A stretch of 30,934 nucleotides of DNA from a virus (lineage: Duplodnaviria; Heunggongvirae; Uroviricota; Caudoviricetes), in the IMG/VR virus record IMGVR_UViG_2526164634_000026; one strand, given 5' to 3'. Below the pieces are notes generated by a model, which worked only from the letters and a program-made list of their open reading frames with translations, ran no database searches and was not told the DNA's origin. The position numbers were made by a program, and so were the translations under genes. Shown in pieces: positions 1-10,966 of the stretch. The number at the start of each line of letters is the position of its first letter. Within the stretch, counting starts at the first letter, position 1.

Positions 1-1284
1 TTACTTCTTCGCCTCTGCAACCACTTTACTACCCACGCCGCGGTTATTGTATTCCCACATGCGGTTGTAGTTAGTGTCATTCAGATTGCGCTGTATTTCG
101 TCGTTATCATCTACGCTGCCGGTATTACCCGCAAACGGACGATTAGAGATCACCGCATCGGCCCACGGTTTAGCCGTGTTAAAACCTTCGTTGATGGCGC
201 TATCACGGATCACCACCTGACCGTTGGTATTGGCATCAACATCCAGCGAGCGGCCCAGTTGCGCCACACCATCACCGAAAGCATTGAAACGGCTGTTTAC
301 GGCGAGGAAACCGTAGTAAATGTTGGACAGCGTAGCCGGTGCAAACACATACGCTTCTTGCTGAGTACGTGAGTTCACCACGCGGAATTCGGTGTTATCG
401 AACACCACTGCGCCGCGACCAGAAACGATATCCACATCCCCTTCAATGTAGCTGTTGGTCACCAGCGTACGCGGCTGACGGTTGGTTTCCAGACGGTTCT
501 GCACACCGCTGTTGGTGACAAAGAAGGTGTTCTGACGACCGAGAATGTTAACGTTGTTAATCTGTACCTGGTCACCATCAGTACGCAGTGCCACCGCCGG
601 ATGGTTACCTGCATCTACGCTATCGCCCAGCGTGTTTTCGATGGTCAGATTTTGCAGTTGCAGGCCATTGTTTTGTGACCAGAAGACCGCAGAGCAGAGA
701 ACACCGATACTGTCGCTGCGTTTGCTCTGGCAGCTATCGTACATATACCACGCTGGTTTACCTGGCATATATTTGCCGCGCGGGTTGACGTCGTGACGCC
801 AGTCGGCAGGGCTCATGCCCCCATCAAGGGAAAGCCCAATCTTCACATCAATCGGTTTTTCACCTGTACCGTACAGAGTAATTCCACCCGGAGCAGCAGG
901 GACATACACCGTTCCCTGATACTCACCAGGCATCACGGCAATATACTGGCGCTTGTTAGTGCGCTTGATAATTGCCGCATCTACCGCCGCCTGAATCGTG
1001 GTATGCGTTACACCTTGAGTACCCGCCGGGCCGACAACAAAGTCAGGTTGCGCAGGCAGGGTAATCGGGGAAGGATTCCACGCTGCAGCACCTGGTGTCA
1101 GGGATGCAAAATAGTGTTGAGCATCGAAATTCTGCGCTTCTTTTGCCGACAGAATCGGGCGAGAAGAGGTACCAGGCGCGGTTTGATCAGAAGGACGTTG
1201 ATCGGGTGGTGTTGAGCTACAGGCGGTCAGCGTCACGCCAAAAGCCAATGCCAGCGCCAGACGGGAAACTGAAAATGTGTTCAC
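1..1284 (-). CDS. ybhC: YbhC, outer-membrane lipoprotein (pectinesterase-like acyl-CoA thioesterase); chromosomal gene on the gal side of attB-lambda
   Basis: Complete 427-aa ORF with lipoprotein signal (…GVTLTAC SS); recognised as E. coli YbhC; ends 47 bp from the att core. Confidence 0.85.
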   Translation of the reverse strand: MNTFSVSRLALALAFGVTLTACSSTPPDQRPSDQTAPGTSSRPILSAKEAQNFDAQHYFASLTPGAAAWNPSPITLPAQPDFVVGPAGTQGVTHTTIQAAVDAAIIKRTNKRQYIAVMPGEYQGTVYVPAAPGGITLYGTGEKPIDVKIGLSLDGGMSPADWRHDVNPRGKYMPGKPAWYMYDSCQSKRSDSIGVLCSAVFWSQNNGLQLQNLTIENTLGDSVDAGNHPAVALRTDGDQVQINNVNILGRQNTFFVTNSGVQNRLETNRQPRTLVTNSYIEGDVDIVSGRGAVVFDNTEFRVVNSRTQQEAYVFAPATLSNIYYGFLAVNSRFNAFGDGVAQLGRSLDVDANTNGQVVIRDSAINEGFNTAKPWADAVISNRPFAGNTGSVDDNDEIQRNLNDTNYNRMWEYNNRGVGSKVVAEAKK

Positions 1285-1330
1285 AGGTTGCTCCGGGCTA
1301 TGAAATAGAAAAATGAATCCGTTGAAGCCT

Positions 1331-1345
1331 GCTTTTTTATACTAA
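1331..1345. other. attL: attL common core (GCTTTTTTATACTAA) followed by lambda P' arm with Int arm-type sites (to about 1430)
   Basis: Exact lambda core; flanking sequence matches lambda attP P' arm (…CAGTCAAAATAAAATCATTATTTG…) on the int side and chromosomal attB arm on the ybhC side. Confidence 0.85.
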
Positions 1346-1418
1346 GTTGGCATTATAAAAAAACATTGCTTATCAATTTGTTGCAACGAACAGGTCACTA
1401 TCAGTCAAAATAAAATCA

Positions 1419-2489
1419 TTATTTGATTTCAATTTTGTCCCACTCCCTGCCTCTGTCATCACGATACTGTGATGCCATGGTGTCCGACTTATGTCCGAGA
1501 AGATGTTGAGCAAACTTATCGCTTATCTGCTTCTCATAGAGTCTTGCAGACAAACTGCGCAACTCGTGAAAGGTAGGCGGATCCCCTTCGAAGGAAAGAC
1601 CTGATGCTTTTCGTGCGCGCATAAAATACCTTGATACTGTGCCGGATGAAAGCGGTTCACGACGAGTAGATGCAATTATGGTTTCTCCGCCAAGAATCTC
1701 TTTGCATTTATCAAGTGTTTCCTTCATTGATATCCCGAGAGCATCAACATGCAATGTTGTAGGGATGGCAATTTTTACGCCTGTTTTGCTTTGTTCGACA
1801 TAAAGATATCCATCTACGATATCAGACCACTTCATTTCGCATAAATCACCAACTCGCTGCCCGGTAACAACAGCCAGTTCCATTGCAAGTCTGAGCCAAC
1901 ATGGTGATGATTCTGCTGCTTGATAAATTTTCAGGTATTCGTCAGCCGTAAGTCTTGATCTCCTTACCTCTGATTTTGCTGCGCGAGTGGCAGCGACCGG
2001 GTTTGTTGTTATATGGCCTTCAGCTATTGCCTCTCGGAATGCATCGCTCAGTGTTGATCTGATTAACTTGGCTGACGCCGCCTTGCCCTCGTCTATGTAT
2101 CCATTGAGCATTGCCGCAATTTCTTTTGTGGTGATGTCTTCAAGTGGAGCATCAGGCAGCCCCCTCCTTATTGCTTTAATTTTGCTCATGTAATTTATGA
2201 GTGTCTTCTGCTTGATTCCTCTGCTGGCGAGGATTTTTTCGTAGCGATCAAGCCATGAATGTAACGTAACAGAATTATCACTGTTGATTCTCGCTGTCAG
2301 AGGCTTGTGTTTGTGTCCTGAAAATAACTCAATATTGGCCTGTATTGCTTCAGTGATTGCTATCCTCCTGTCTCGGCCTAAACCAAACTCTTTACCCGTC
2401 CTTGGGTCCCTGTAGCAGTAATATCCATTGTTTCTTATATAAAGGTTAGGGGGTAAATCCCGGCGCTCATGACTTCGCCTTCTTCCCAT
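1419..2489 (-). CDS. int: Lambda integrase (tyrosine recombinase)
   Basis: 356-aa ORF recognised as lambda Int (MGRRRSHERRDLPPNLYIRNNGYYCYRDPRTGKEFGLG…). Confidence 0.95.
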   Translation of the reverse strand: MGRRRSHERRDLPPNLYIRNNGYYCYRDPRTGKEFGLGRDRRIAITEAIQANIELFSGHKHKPLTARINSDNSVTLHSWLDRYEKILASRGIKQKTLINYMSKIKAIRRGLPDAPLEDITTKEIAAMLNGYIDEGKAASAKLIRSTLSDAFREAIAEGHITTNPVAATRAAKSEVRRSRLTADEYLKIYQAAESSPCWLRLAMELAVVTGQRVGDLCEMKWSDIVDGYLYVEQSKTGVKIAIPTTLHVDALGISMKETLDKCKEILGGETIIASTRREPLSSGTVSRYFMRARKASGLSFEGDPPTFHELRSLSARLYEKQISDKFAQHLLGHKSDTMASQYRDDRGREWDKIEIK

Positions 2490-2685
2490 TTCTGATCCTC
2501 TTCAAAAGGCTACCTGTTACTGGTCGATTTAAGTCAACCTTTACCGCTGATTCGTGGAACAGATACTCTCTTCCATCCTTAACCGGAGGAGGGAATATCC
2601 TGCATTCGCGCACCCATCGACGAACTGTTTCAAGGCTTCTTGGGCGTCGCTGGCGTGCGTTCCACTCCTGAAGTGTCAAGTACAT
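2467..2685 (-). CDS. xis: Lambda excisionase
   Basis: 72-aa ORF recognised as lambda Xis (MYLTLQEWNARQRRPRSLETVRRWVRECRIFPP…); overlaps int start as in lambda. Confidence 0.9.
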   Translation of the reverse strand: MYLTLQEWNARQRRPRSLETVRRWVRECRIFPPPVKDGREYLFHESAVKVDLNRPVTGSLLKRIRNGKKAKS

Positions 2686-3206
2686 CGCAAAGTCTCCGCA
2701 ATTACACGCAAGAAAAAGCCGCCATCAGGCGGCTTGGTGTTCTTTCAGTTCTTCAATTCGAATATTGGTTATGTCTGCATGTGCTATCTGCGCCCATATC
2801 ATCCAGTGGTCATAGCAGTCATTGATGTTCTCTGCTTCGATAACTCTGTTGAATGGTTCTCCATTCCATTCACCTGTGACTCGGAAGTGCATTTATCATC
2901 TCCATAAAACAAAACCCGCCGTAGCGAGTTCAGATAAAAGAAATCCTCGTCAGTGCGAGGATGCTGTTCATTGCTGCTATACACTTTTTTGCTCTCAACG
3001 TAAGCGGTAGCTCATTCTGTTGGGTTGGTGCAGTTGCTTTTAGGAAATGCTATTTACCCCTTAAACGTCGGCTGAAAGAGCTAAAATCCATGCAAAAAAT
3101 TTACGCAATTTTGTGTATTATTGTGCAGTAAGTAATGAGCTATTTTCTGCGCAAAAAATGGATGGTAAATTTGTCCGGGGCAGGAAAAATTTTATGGACG
3201 CTAAAC

Positions 3207-3737
3207 ATGAAAAAAGATTCGTATCCTTATTTGATTTGCATGACAGTTTCAGGCCTGATCTTTATTTTCCTTTTCTTCTGGTGGCGGGCAGATATTTACA
3301 GGGTCACGTTTCTTAATCAGAGTATATCCCACTATTACATTCTGTTTAGCATGGGAATAGCTTTTCTGTTATCTCTGTTTTGGGTTAAGAAGGGGATAGT
3401 AAAACAAAGCGGCTGGAAGAGTCTGTCAGCATACCTTAAGGTTTATGCAGGGATGTGCATATTTGCTGGATTTTTTCTGATTATACCCCTTACAACACTA
3501 ACTTATTTTTTGCCTGGAGAGACATCGTCTTATGTTGCACCGTATCGGTATACTTCCGGTAGTTCAAAAAGTTGTTCTGGAGCTGAGGTGGATGACCCCG
3601 ATCTACATGAGAATATTCGCATTTGCTATCCGTATGGCAATTATGAGTACGATAATATTATCTATGTTGAAAAGAAAATTAATACATTAGGTGCGGTAGT
3701 AACATATGCACAGACCGCGCGTGATGATACTGAATGA
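3207..3737 (+). CDS. Hypothetical polytopic membrane protein (about 176 aa from MKKDSYPY…; ORF opens at 3135), AT-rich cassette on the strand opposite the pL operon
   Basis: ORF track 3135..3737; several hydrophobic segments then a Cys/Tyr-rich soluble tail; low GC; occupies the ea8.5/ea22 position of lambda. Confidence 0.5.
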   Translation: MKKDSYPYLICMTVSGLIFIFLFFWWRADIYRVTFLNQSISHYYILFSMGIAFLLSLFWVKKGIVKQSGWKSLSAYLKVYAGMCIFAGFFLIIPLTTLTYFLPGETSSYVAPYRYTSGSSKSCSGAEVDDPDLHENIRICYPYGNYEYDNIIYVEKKINTLGAVVTYAQTARDDTE

Positions 3738-3771
3738 GATAGTATATAGCGGGCAAGTTTTAGTTAATTTA

Positions 3772-3805
3772 TCGAGGTAATATAATTTACCTCGACTCGT
3801 TTATT
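3772..3805 (+). terminator. Putative intrinsic terminator after the membrane-protein cassette
   Basis: Stem TCGAGGTAA / TTACCTCGA with 6-nt loop, then a T-rich tail. Confidence 0.35.
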
Positions 3806-3947
3806 CTGGTATTAATATTTCGCTTTACGATCGATTTTTATCTGATGATATCATGCGGTTTTCATATACTGACTTACTGTCTTTTCTCCGTTAGCGATTT
3901 TCTCCTGCTCAGCGATGATTTTATCTTTGGCTTCTAGTTAATTTCGC

Positions 3948-4169
3948 TCACTTCGAACCTCTCTGTTTACTGATAAGTTCCAGATCCTCCTGGCAACTTG
4001 CACAAGTCCGACAACCCTGAACGGCCAGGCGTCTTCGCTCATCTATGGGATCGCCACACTCACAACAATGAGTGGCAGATATAGCCTGGTGGTTCAGGCG
4101 GCGCATTTTTATTGCTGTGTTGCGCTGTAATTCTTCAATTTCTGATGCTGAATCAATGATGTCTGCCAT
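3948..4169 (-). CDS. TraR/DksA-family C4 zinc-finger protein (lambda Orf73-like)
   Basis: 73-aa ORF with CxxC…CxxC (CCECGDPIDERRRLAVQGCRTCASC); position and size match lambda orf73. Confidence 0.8.
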   Translation of the reverse strand: MADIIDSASEIEELQRNTAIKMRRLNHQAISATHCCECGDPIDERRRLAVQGCRTCASCQEDLELISKQRGSK

Positions 4170-4267
4170 CTTCCATTAATCCCTGAATTGTTGGTTAATA
4201 CGCTTGAGGGTGAATGCGAACAATAAAAAAGGAGCCTGTAGCTCCCTGATGATTTTGCTTTTCATGC

Positions 4268-4549
4268 TCACCGTTCCTTAAAGACGCCGTTTAACATGCC
4301 GATCGCCAGGCTTAAATGAGTCGGTGTGAATCCCATCAGCGTTACCGTTTCGCGGTGCTTCTTCAGTACGCTACGGCAAATGTCATCGACGTTTTTATCC
4401 GGAAACTGCTGTCTGGCTTTTTTGATTTCAGAATTAGCCTGACGGGCAATGCTGCGAAGGGCGTTTTCTTGCTGAGGTGTCACTGAACAAGCCCCATGTC
4501 GGCAAGCATAAGCAAACAGAATATGAAGCCCGCTGCCAGAAAAATGCAT
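4268..4549 (-). CDS. Lambda early-left small protein (orf60a-like); start codon uncertain
   Basis: ORF track 93 aa in the lambda orf60a position between orf73 and orf63. Confidence 0.4.
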   Translation of the reverse strand: MHFSGSGLHILFAYACRHGACSVTPQQENALRSIARQANSEIKKARQQFPDKNVDDICRSVLKKHRETVTLMGFTPTHLSLAIGMLNGVFKER

Positions 4550-4559
4550 TCAGTGGTTG

Positions 4560-4751
4560 TCATACCTGGTCTCTCTCATCTGCTTCTGCTTTCGCCACCA
4601 TCATTTCCAGCTTTTGTGAAAGGGATGTGGCTAACGTATGAAATTCTTCGTCTGTTTCTACTGGTATTGGCACAAACCTGACTCCAATTTGAGCAAGGCT
4701 ATGTGCCATCTCAATGCTCGTTCTTAACTCAACAGGAGATGCTTTGTGCAT
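4560..4751 (-). CDS. Lambda orf63-like small protein
   Basis: 63-aa ORF in the lambda orf63 position and size. Confidence 0.55.
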   Translation of the reverse strand: MHKASPVELRTSIEMAHSLAQIGVRFVPIPVETDEEFHTLATSLSQKLEMMVAKAEADERDQV

Positions 4752-4912
4752 ACAGCCCCTCGTTTATTATTTATCTCCTCAGCCAGGCGCTGGGCTTTCA
4801 GTGGATTTTGGATAACAGAAAGGTCGGGAAATACCCAGCCTCGCTTTGTAACGGAGTAGATGAAAGTGATCGCACCTACCCGGATATTATCGTGAGGATG
4901 CTTCATCGCCAT
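4724..4912 (-). CDS. Lambda orf61-like small protein
   Basis: 62-aa ORF immediately downstream of exo in the leftward operon. Confidence 0.5.
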   Translation of the reverse strand: MAMKHPHDNIRVGAITFIYSVTKRGWVFPDLSVIQNPLKAQRLAEEINNKRGAVCTKHLLLS

Positions 4913-5583
4913 TGCTCCCCAAATACAAAACCAATTTCAGCCAGTGCCTCGTCCATTTTTTCGATGAACTCCGGCACCATCTCGTCAAAACCCGCCATGT
5001 ACTTTTCATCCCGCTCAACCACGACATAATGCAGTCCTTCACGCTTCATACGCGGGTCATAGTTGGCAAAGTACCAGGCATCTTTTCGCGTCACCCACAT
5101 GCTGTACTGCACCTGGGTCATGTAAGCTGACTTTATGGCCTCGAAACCACCGAGCCGGAACTTCATGAAATCCCGGGAGGTAAACGGGCATTTCAGTTCA
5201 AGGCCGTTGCCGTCACTGCATAAACCATCTGGAGAGCAGGCGGTACGCATACTTTCGTCGCGATAGATGATCGGTGATTCAGTAACATTCACGCCGGAAG
5301 TGAACTCAAACAGGGCTCTGGCGTCGTTCTCGTACTGTTTTCCCCAGGCCAGCGCTTTAGCGTTAACTTCCGGAGCCACACCGGTGCAAACCTCAGCAAG
5401 CAGGGTGTGGAAGTAGGACATTTTCATGTCAGGCCACTTTTTTCCGGAGCGGGGTTTTGCTATTACGTTATGAACTTCTGAAGCTGTGATGACGCCGAGC
5501 CGTAATTTGTGCCACGCATCATCCCCCTGTTCGACAGCTCTCACGTCGATCCCGGTACGCTGCAGGATAATGTCCGGTGTCAT
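4903..5583 (-). CDS. exo: Lambda exonuclease (Red alpha)
   Basis: 226-aa ORF recognised as lambda Exo ([58 protein letters not shown]…). Confidence 0.95.
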   Translation of the reverse strand: MTPDIILQRTGIDVRAVEQGDDAWHKLRLGVITASEVHNVIAKPRSGKKWPDMKMSYFHTLLAEVCTGVAPEVNAKALAWGKQYENDARALFEFTSGVNVTESPIIYRDESMRTACSPDGLCSDGNGLELKCPFTSRDFMKFRLGGFEAIKSAYMTQVQYSMWVTRKDAWYFANYDPRMKREGLHYVVVERDEKYMAGFDEMVPEFIEKMDEALAEIGFVFGEQWR

Positions 5584-6365
5584 GCTGCCACCTTCTGCTC
5601 AGTGGCTTTCTGTTTCAGGAATCCAAGAGCTTTCACTGCTTCGGCCTGTGTCAGTTCTGACGATGCGCGAATGTCGCGGCGAAATATCTGGGAACAGAGC
5701 GGCAATAAGTCGTCATCCCATGTTTTATCCAGGGCGATTAGCAGAGTGTTAATCTCCTGCATGGTTTCATCGTTAACCGGAGTGATGTCGCGTTCCGGCT
5801 GGCGTTCTGCAGTGTATGCAGTATTTTCGACAATGCGCTCGGCTTCATCCTTGTCATAGATACCAGCAAATCCGAAGGCCAGACGGGCACACTGAATCAT
5901 AGCTTTATGCCGTAACATCCGTTTAGGATGCGACTGCCACGGCCCCGTGATTTCTCTGCCTTCGCGGGTTTTGAATGGTTCGCGGCGGCATTCATCCATC
6001 CATTCGGTAACGCAGATCGGATGATTACGGTCCTTGCGGTAAATCCGGCATGTACAGGATTCATTGTCCTGCTCAAAGTCCATGCCATCAAACTGCTGGT
6101 TTTCATTGATGATGCGGGACCAGCCATCAACGCCCACCACCGGAACGATGCCGTTCTGCTTATCAGGGAAGGCGTAAATTTCTTTCGTCCACGGATTAAG
6201 GCCGTACTGGTTGGCGACGATCAACAATGCGATGAACTGCGCATCGCTGGCATCGCCTTTAAATGCCGTCTGGCGAAGAGTGGTGATCAGTTCCTGTGGG
6301 TCGACAGAATCCATGCCGACACGTTCAGCCAGCTTCCCTGCCAGCGTTGCGAGTGCTGTACTCAT
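5580..6365 (-). CDS. bet: Lambda Bet (Red beta single-strand annealing protein)
   Basis: 261-aa ORF recognised as lambda Bet; start overlaps exo stop. Confidence 0.95.
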   Translation of the reverse strand: MSTALATLAGKLAERVGMDSVDPQELITTLRQTAFKGDASDAQFIALLIVANQYGLNPWTKEIYAFPDKQNGIVPVVGVDGWSRIINENQQFDGMDFEQDNESCTCRIYRKDRNHPICVTEWMDECRREPFKTREGREITGPWQSHPKRMLRHKAMIQCARLAFGFAGIYDKDEAERIVENTAYTAERQPERDITPVNDETMQEINTLLIALDKTWDDDLLPLCSQIFRRDIRASSELTQAEAVKALGFLKQKATEQKVAA

Positions 6366-6370
6366 CCGTT

Positions 6371-6787
6371 TTATACCTCTGAATCAATATCAACCTGATG
6401 GTGAGCAATGGTTTCAACCATGTACCGGATGTGTTCTGCCATGCGCTCCTGAAACTCAACATCGTCATCAAACGCACGGGTAATGGCTTTTTTGCTGGCC
6501 CCGTGGCGTTGCAAATGACCGATGCATAGCGATTCAAACAGGTGCTGGGGCAGGCCTTTTTCCATGTCGTCTGCCAGTTCTGCCTCTTTCTCTTCACGGG
6601 CTATCTGCTGGTAGTGACGCGCCCAGCTCTGAGCCTCAAGACGATCCTGAATGTAATAAGCGTTCATGGCCGAACTCCTGAAATAGCTGTGAAAATATCG
6701 CCCGCGAAATGCCGGGCTGATTAGGAAAACAGGAAAGGGGGTTAGTGAATGCTTTTGCTTGATCTCAGTTTCAGTATTAATATCCAT
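6371..6787 (-). CDS. gam: Lambda Gam (RecBCD inhibitor), long form
   Basis: 138-aa ORF recognised as lambda Gam (…[98 protein letters not shown]). Confidence 0.9.
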   Translation of the reverse strand: MDINTETEIKQKHSLTPFPVFLISPAFRGRYFHSYFRSSAMNAYYIQDRLEAQSWARHYQQIAREEKEAELADDMEKGLPQHLFESLCIGHLQRHGASKKAITRAFDDDVEFQERMAEHIRYMVETIAHHQVDIDSEV

Positions 6788-6885
6788 TTTTTATAAGCGT
6801 CGACGGCCTCACGAAACATCTTTTCATCGCCAATAAAAGTGGCGATAGTGAATTTAGTCTGGATAGCCATAATTGTTTGATCCAT
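6742..6885 (-). CDS. kil: Lambda Kil (FtsZ inhibitor), 47 aa
   Basis: Internal ATG of the 89-aa track [50 protein letters not shown] recognised as lambda Kil. Confidence 0.8.
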   Translation of the reverse strand: MDQTIMAIQTKFTIATFIGDEKMFREAVDAYKKWILILKLRSSKSIH

Positions 6886-7018
6886 TTTTTGGGACTCCTG
6901 GCTGATTAAGTATGTCGATAAGGCGTTTCCATCCGTCACGTAATTTACGGGTGATTCGTTCAAGTAAAGATTCGGAAGGGCAGCCAGCAACAGGCCACCC
7001 TGCAATGGCATATTGCAT
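6854..7018 (-). CDS. cIII: Lambda CIII (FtsH/HflB inhibitor), 54 aa
   Basis: Hand-translated from ATG at 7018 (MQYAIAGWP…YPD*, stop at 6854-6856); below the track's 60-aa cutoff; 32-nt overlap with kil as in lambda. Confidence 0.8.
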   Translation of the reverse strand: MQYAIAGWPVAGCPSESLLERITRKLRDGWKRLIDILNQPGVPKNGSNNYGYPD

Positions 7019-7090
7019 GGTGTGCTCCTTATTTATACATAACGAAAAACGCCTCGAGTGAAGCGTAATTGGTATGCGGTAACGCCGCGC

Positions 7091-7459
7091 TCAGGCGGCC
7101 TTGATAGTCATATCATCTGAATCAAATATTCCTGATGTATCGATATCGGTAATTCTTATTCCTTCACTACCATCCATTGGAGGCCATCCTTCCTGACCAT
7201 TTCCATCATTCCAGTCGAACTCACACACAACACCATATGCATTTAAGTCGCTTGAAATTGCTATAAGCAGAGCATGTTGCGCCAGCATGATTAATACAGC
7301 ATTTAATACAGAGCCGTGTTTATTGAGTCGGTATTCAGAGTCTGACCAGAAATTATTAATCTGGTGAAGTTTTTCCTCTGTCATTACGTCATGGTCGATT
7401 TCAATTTCTATTGATGCTTTCCAGTCGTAATCAATGATGTATTTTTTGATGTTTGACAT
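7091..7459 (-). CDS. ea10: Lambda Ea10 (Ssb-like early protein)
   Basis: 122-aa ORF in the lambda ea10 position and size. Confidence 0.75.
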   Translation of the reverse strand: MSNIKKYIIDYDWKASIEIEIDHDVMTEEKLHQINNFWSDSEYRLNKHGSVLNAVLIMLAQHALLIAISSDLNAYGVVCEFDWNDGNGQEGWPPMDGSEGIRITDIDTSGIFDSDDMTIKAA

Positions 7460-7475
7460 CTGTTCATATCCTCAC

Positions 7476-7505
7476 AGATAAAAAATCGCCCTCATCTTGG
7501 AGGGC
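7476..7505 (-). terminator. Intrinsic terminator just upstream of ea10 (tL2-like)
   Basis: Stem GCCCTC/GAGGGC with 6-nt loop followed on the minus strand by GATTTTTTAT. Confidence 0.5.
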
Positions 7506-7647
7506 AAAGAAGATTTCCAATAATCAGAACAAGTCGGCTCCTGTTTAGTTACGAGCGACATTGCTCCGTGTATTCACTCGTTGGAATGAATACACAGCGC
7601 TGTGTTTATTCTGTTGTTTGCGTGAAAATGAAATCCGCCTGAGCGGG

Positions 7648-8529
7648 TTATGACCACTTTTTGTTTGGGTTTCGTTGGTGAGCGTGGTTTACAGGATTAT
7701 TTGATATACCCCATAACTCTGACTCGCTTATCTCTACACGAGAGAAAGACCTGCTTTCTTTCAGTTCTTTTATAAACCTAGAACCTAAGATGACATCTAT
7801 TGTACCAGAAAGTTCTTGTAAAAGATCTATGTTTTTTCTGAGGAAGAAAATATCTTCTTTATATTTAATTTTTACATAGAATTTATTCTGTATTTTTAAT
7901 ATATCAAAGCATGGCAGATATCTATATCCCTCATATTTTCGCCACTGCTTAACAATTATAACATCTTTTTCATTTACTGCATTAATCAGCCCAAGACCAA
8001 GTACAGGTATGAATATTCTATTGTCTGCCGAAAGCGTACAATTATCACCACCAGGCAAATATGTATAAATCATGTCGGAATTTTTATACGCATCAACGAA
8101 TGCACGTAAGAAGCGTACATATTTTTGCCATCCGTTTATACCGAATTTACCATATAAGTATTCTTTATTTGTTAGAAGAAAACTATTTGTATCAGGATCC
8201 TTATCTACAGACCTGTCGATAAGATCTCCAACTACGTTTACAAAGTCAAAGACAGAGTTTAATAAGAACAATTGTCTTTCAGTAGGGCGAATTTCAATTA
8301 TGTAGCCAGGATGAAGACGATATTGCATCTGCTTACGAAGTATACCGAACGCTTGGGTCCGAGCATCTGAAAGCAACTTCTTGTCGCCATCGCCGTGAGC
8401 ATTGTTTCTAATAAAACTGATATAATTTGCTAATTTTTCAGCCTCTTTTTTGTGTTTTTTTCGCTCTGATGCTGAGTCTATTGGTTTTGGTATGGACTTG
8501 TAATCAATCTTCTTCATTACGTACCTCAT
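7648..8529 (-). CDS. Hypothetical 293-aa protein of unknown function, AT-rich, at the sieB/ral position directly downstream of N
   Basis: ORF track; start ATG overlaps the N stop (ATGA); no TM segments or motifs I recognise; GC clearly below the flanking lambda genes. Confidence 0.6.
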   Translation of the reverse strand: MRYVMKKIDYKSIPKPIDSASERKKHKKEAEKLANYISFIRNNAHGDGDKKLLSDARTQAFGILRKQMQYRLHPGYIIEIRPTERQLFLLNSVFDFVNVVGDLIDRSVDKDPDTNSFLLTNKEYLYGKFGINGWQKYVRFLRAFVDAYKNSDMIYTYLPGGDNCTLSADNRIFIPVLGLGLINAVNEKDVIIVKQWRKYEGYRYLPCFDILKIQNKFYVKIKYKEDIFFLRKNIDLLQELSGTIDVILGSRFIKELKESRSFSRVEISESELWGISNNPVNHAHQRNPNKKWS

Positions 8530-8849
8530 GCCAATGGAATGGATTCCCCTTTAACCTTTTGTCTTCCTTGACAAGTTATACCGAACTCACCTGGCTTGCT
8601 ATACCAAACTCGATGATTCTTGCGCTCAATACGTTGCAGGTTGCTTTCAATCTGTTCGTGGTATTCAGCCAGCACCGTAAGGTCTATCGGATTCAGTGCG
8701 CTTTCTACTCGTGATTTCGGTTTGCGATTCAGCGAGAGAATAGGGCGGTTAACTGGTTTAGCGCTTACCCCAACCAACAGGGGATTTGCTGCTTTCCATT
8801 GAGCCTGTTTCTCTGCGCGACGTTCGCGGCGGCGTGTTTGTGCATCCAT
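8526..8849 (-). CDS. N: Antiterminator N (lambda-type, 107 aa, variant C-terminus)
   Basis: Internal ATG of the 151-aa track ORF; MDAQTRRRERRAEKQAQWKAANPLLVGVSAKPVNRPILSLNRKPKSRVESALNPIDLTVLAEYH… recognised as lambda N; nutL upstream. Confidence 0.9.
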   Translation of the reverse strand: MDAQTRRRERRAEKQAQWKAANPLLVGVSAKPVNRPILSLNRKPKSRVESALNPIDLTVLAEYHEQIESNLQRIERKNHRVWYSKPGEFGITCQGRQKVKGESIPLA

Positions 8850-9006
8850 CTGGATTCTCCTGTCAGTTAGCTTTGGTTGTGTGTGGGAGTCGTAGTCCTG
8901 AACGAAAACACCCCGCAATGGCACATTGGCAGCTAATCCGGATTCGCACTTCCGGCCAATGCTTCGTTTCGTATCACACACACCAAAGCCTTCTGCTTTG
9001 AATGCT

Positions 9007-9037
9007 GCCCTTCTTCAGGGCTTAATTTTTAAGAGCC
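9007..9037 (-). promoter_or_regulatory. nutL: nutL (boxA GCTCTTAAA, boxB GCCCTGAAGAAGGGC)
   Basis: Reverse complement reads GAGGCTCTTAAAAATTAAGCCCTGAAGAAGGGCAG, matching lambda nutL. Confidence 0.8.
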
Positions 9038-9082
9038 TCACCTTCAATGGTGGTCAGTGCGTCCTGCTGATGGCTTAAAATT

Positions 9083-9150
9083 ACAAGGAAGATTGTATAT
9101 TGTAAACAAGAAATATTGTAAAAAGGGGCGTGAAAAACAAACTCCATTGT
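9083..9150. promoter_or_regulatory. OL operator cluster (434-type) with pL
   Basis: Three 14-bp ACAA-N6-TTGT sites: 9083-9096, 9106-9119, 9137-9150, between N and the cI operon. Confidence 0.6.
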
Positions 9151-9200
9151 TTTTAAACGGAAAATAGTTTGTTTTTTTGTTATCGAGATTGAGGTGGGGA

Positions 9201-10553
<1,353 letters not shown>

Positions 10554-10561
10554 GACATTCC

Positions 10562-10593
10562 CGCTCTTACACATCCCAGCCCTGAAAAAGGGC
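10562..10593 (+). promoter_or_regulatory. nutR: nutR (boxA CGCTCTTAC, boxB GCCCTGAAAAAGGGC)
   Basis: Exact lambda nutR boxA/boxB motifs downstream of cro. Confidence 0.85.
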
Positions 10594-10672
10594 ATCAAAA
10601 TAAACCACACCTATGGTGTATGCATTTATTTGCATACATTCAATCAATTGTTATCTAAGGAAATACTTACAT

Positions 10673-10966
10673 ATGGTTCGTGCAAACAAACGCAACGAGG
10701 CTCTACGAATCGAGAGTGCGTTGCTTAACAAAATCGCAATGCTTGGAACTGAGAAGACAGCGGAAGCTGTGGGAGTTGATAAGTCGCAGATCAGCAGGTG
10801 GAAGAGGGATTGGATTCCAAAGTTCTCAATGCTGCTTGCTGTTCTTGAATGGGGTGTCGTCGACGACGACATGGCTCGATTGGCACGACAAGTTGCTTCG
10901 ATTCTCACCAATAAAAAACGCCCGGCGGCAACCGAGCGTTCTGAACAAATCCAGATGGAATTCTGA
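10673..10966 (+). CDS. cII: Lambda CII transcriptional activator
   Basis: 97-aa ORF from ATG 10673 (MVRANKRNEALRIESALLNKIAMLGTEKTAEAVGVDKSQISRWKRDWIPKFSMLLAVLEWGVVDDDMARLARQV…). Confidence 0.9.
   Translation: MVRANKRNEALRIESALLNKIAMLGTEKTAEAVGVDKSQISRWKRDWIPKFSMLLAVLEWGVVDDDMARLARQVASILTNKKRPAATERSEQIQMEF

Noticed and set aside
545-1316. Plus-strand track ORFs (83, 66, 140 and 73 aa) inside ybhC
   Set aside because: Antisense to a well-supported 427-aa gene; no ribosome-binding sites or recognisable products.
2554-3010. Small ORFs on both strands between xis and the membrane cassette
   Set aside because: Overlapping, mutually exclusive frames with no translation signals or recognisable products; more likely intergenic recombination-joint sequence.
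5897-6483. Track ORFs overlapping bet on either strand
   Set aside because: Alternative frames of the bet coding region; bet is recognised at full length.
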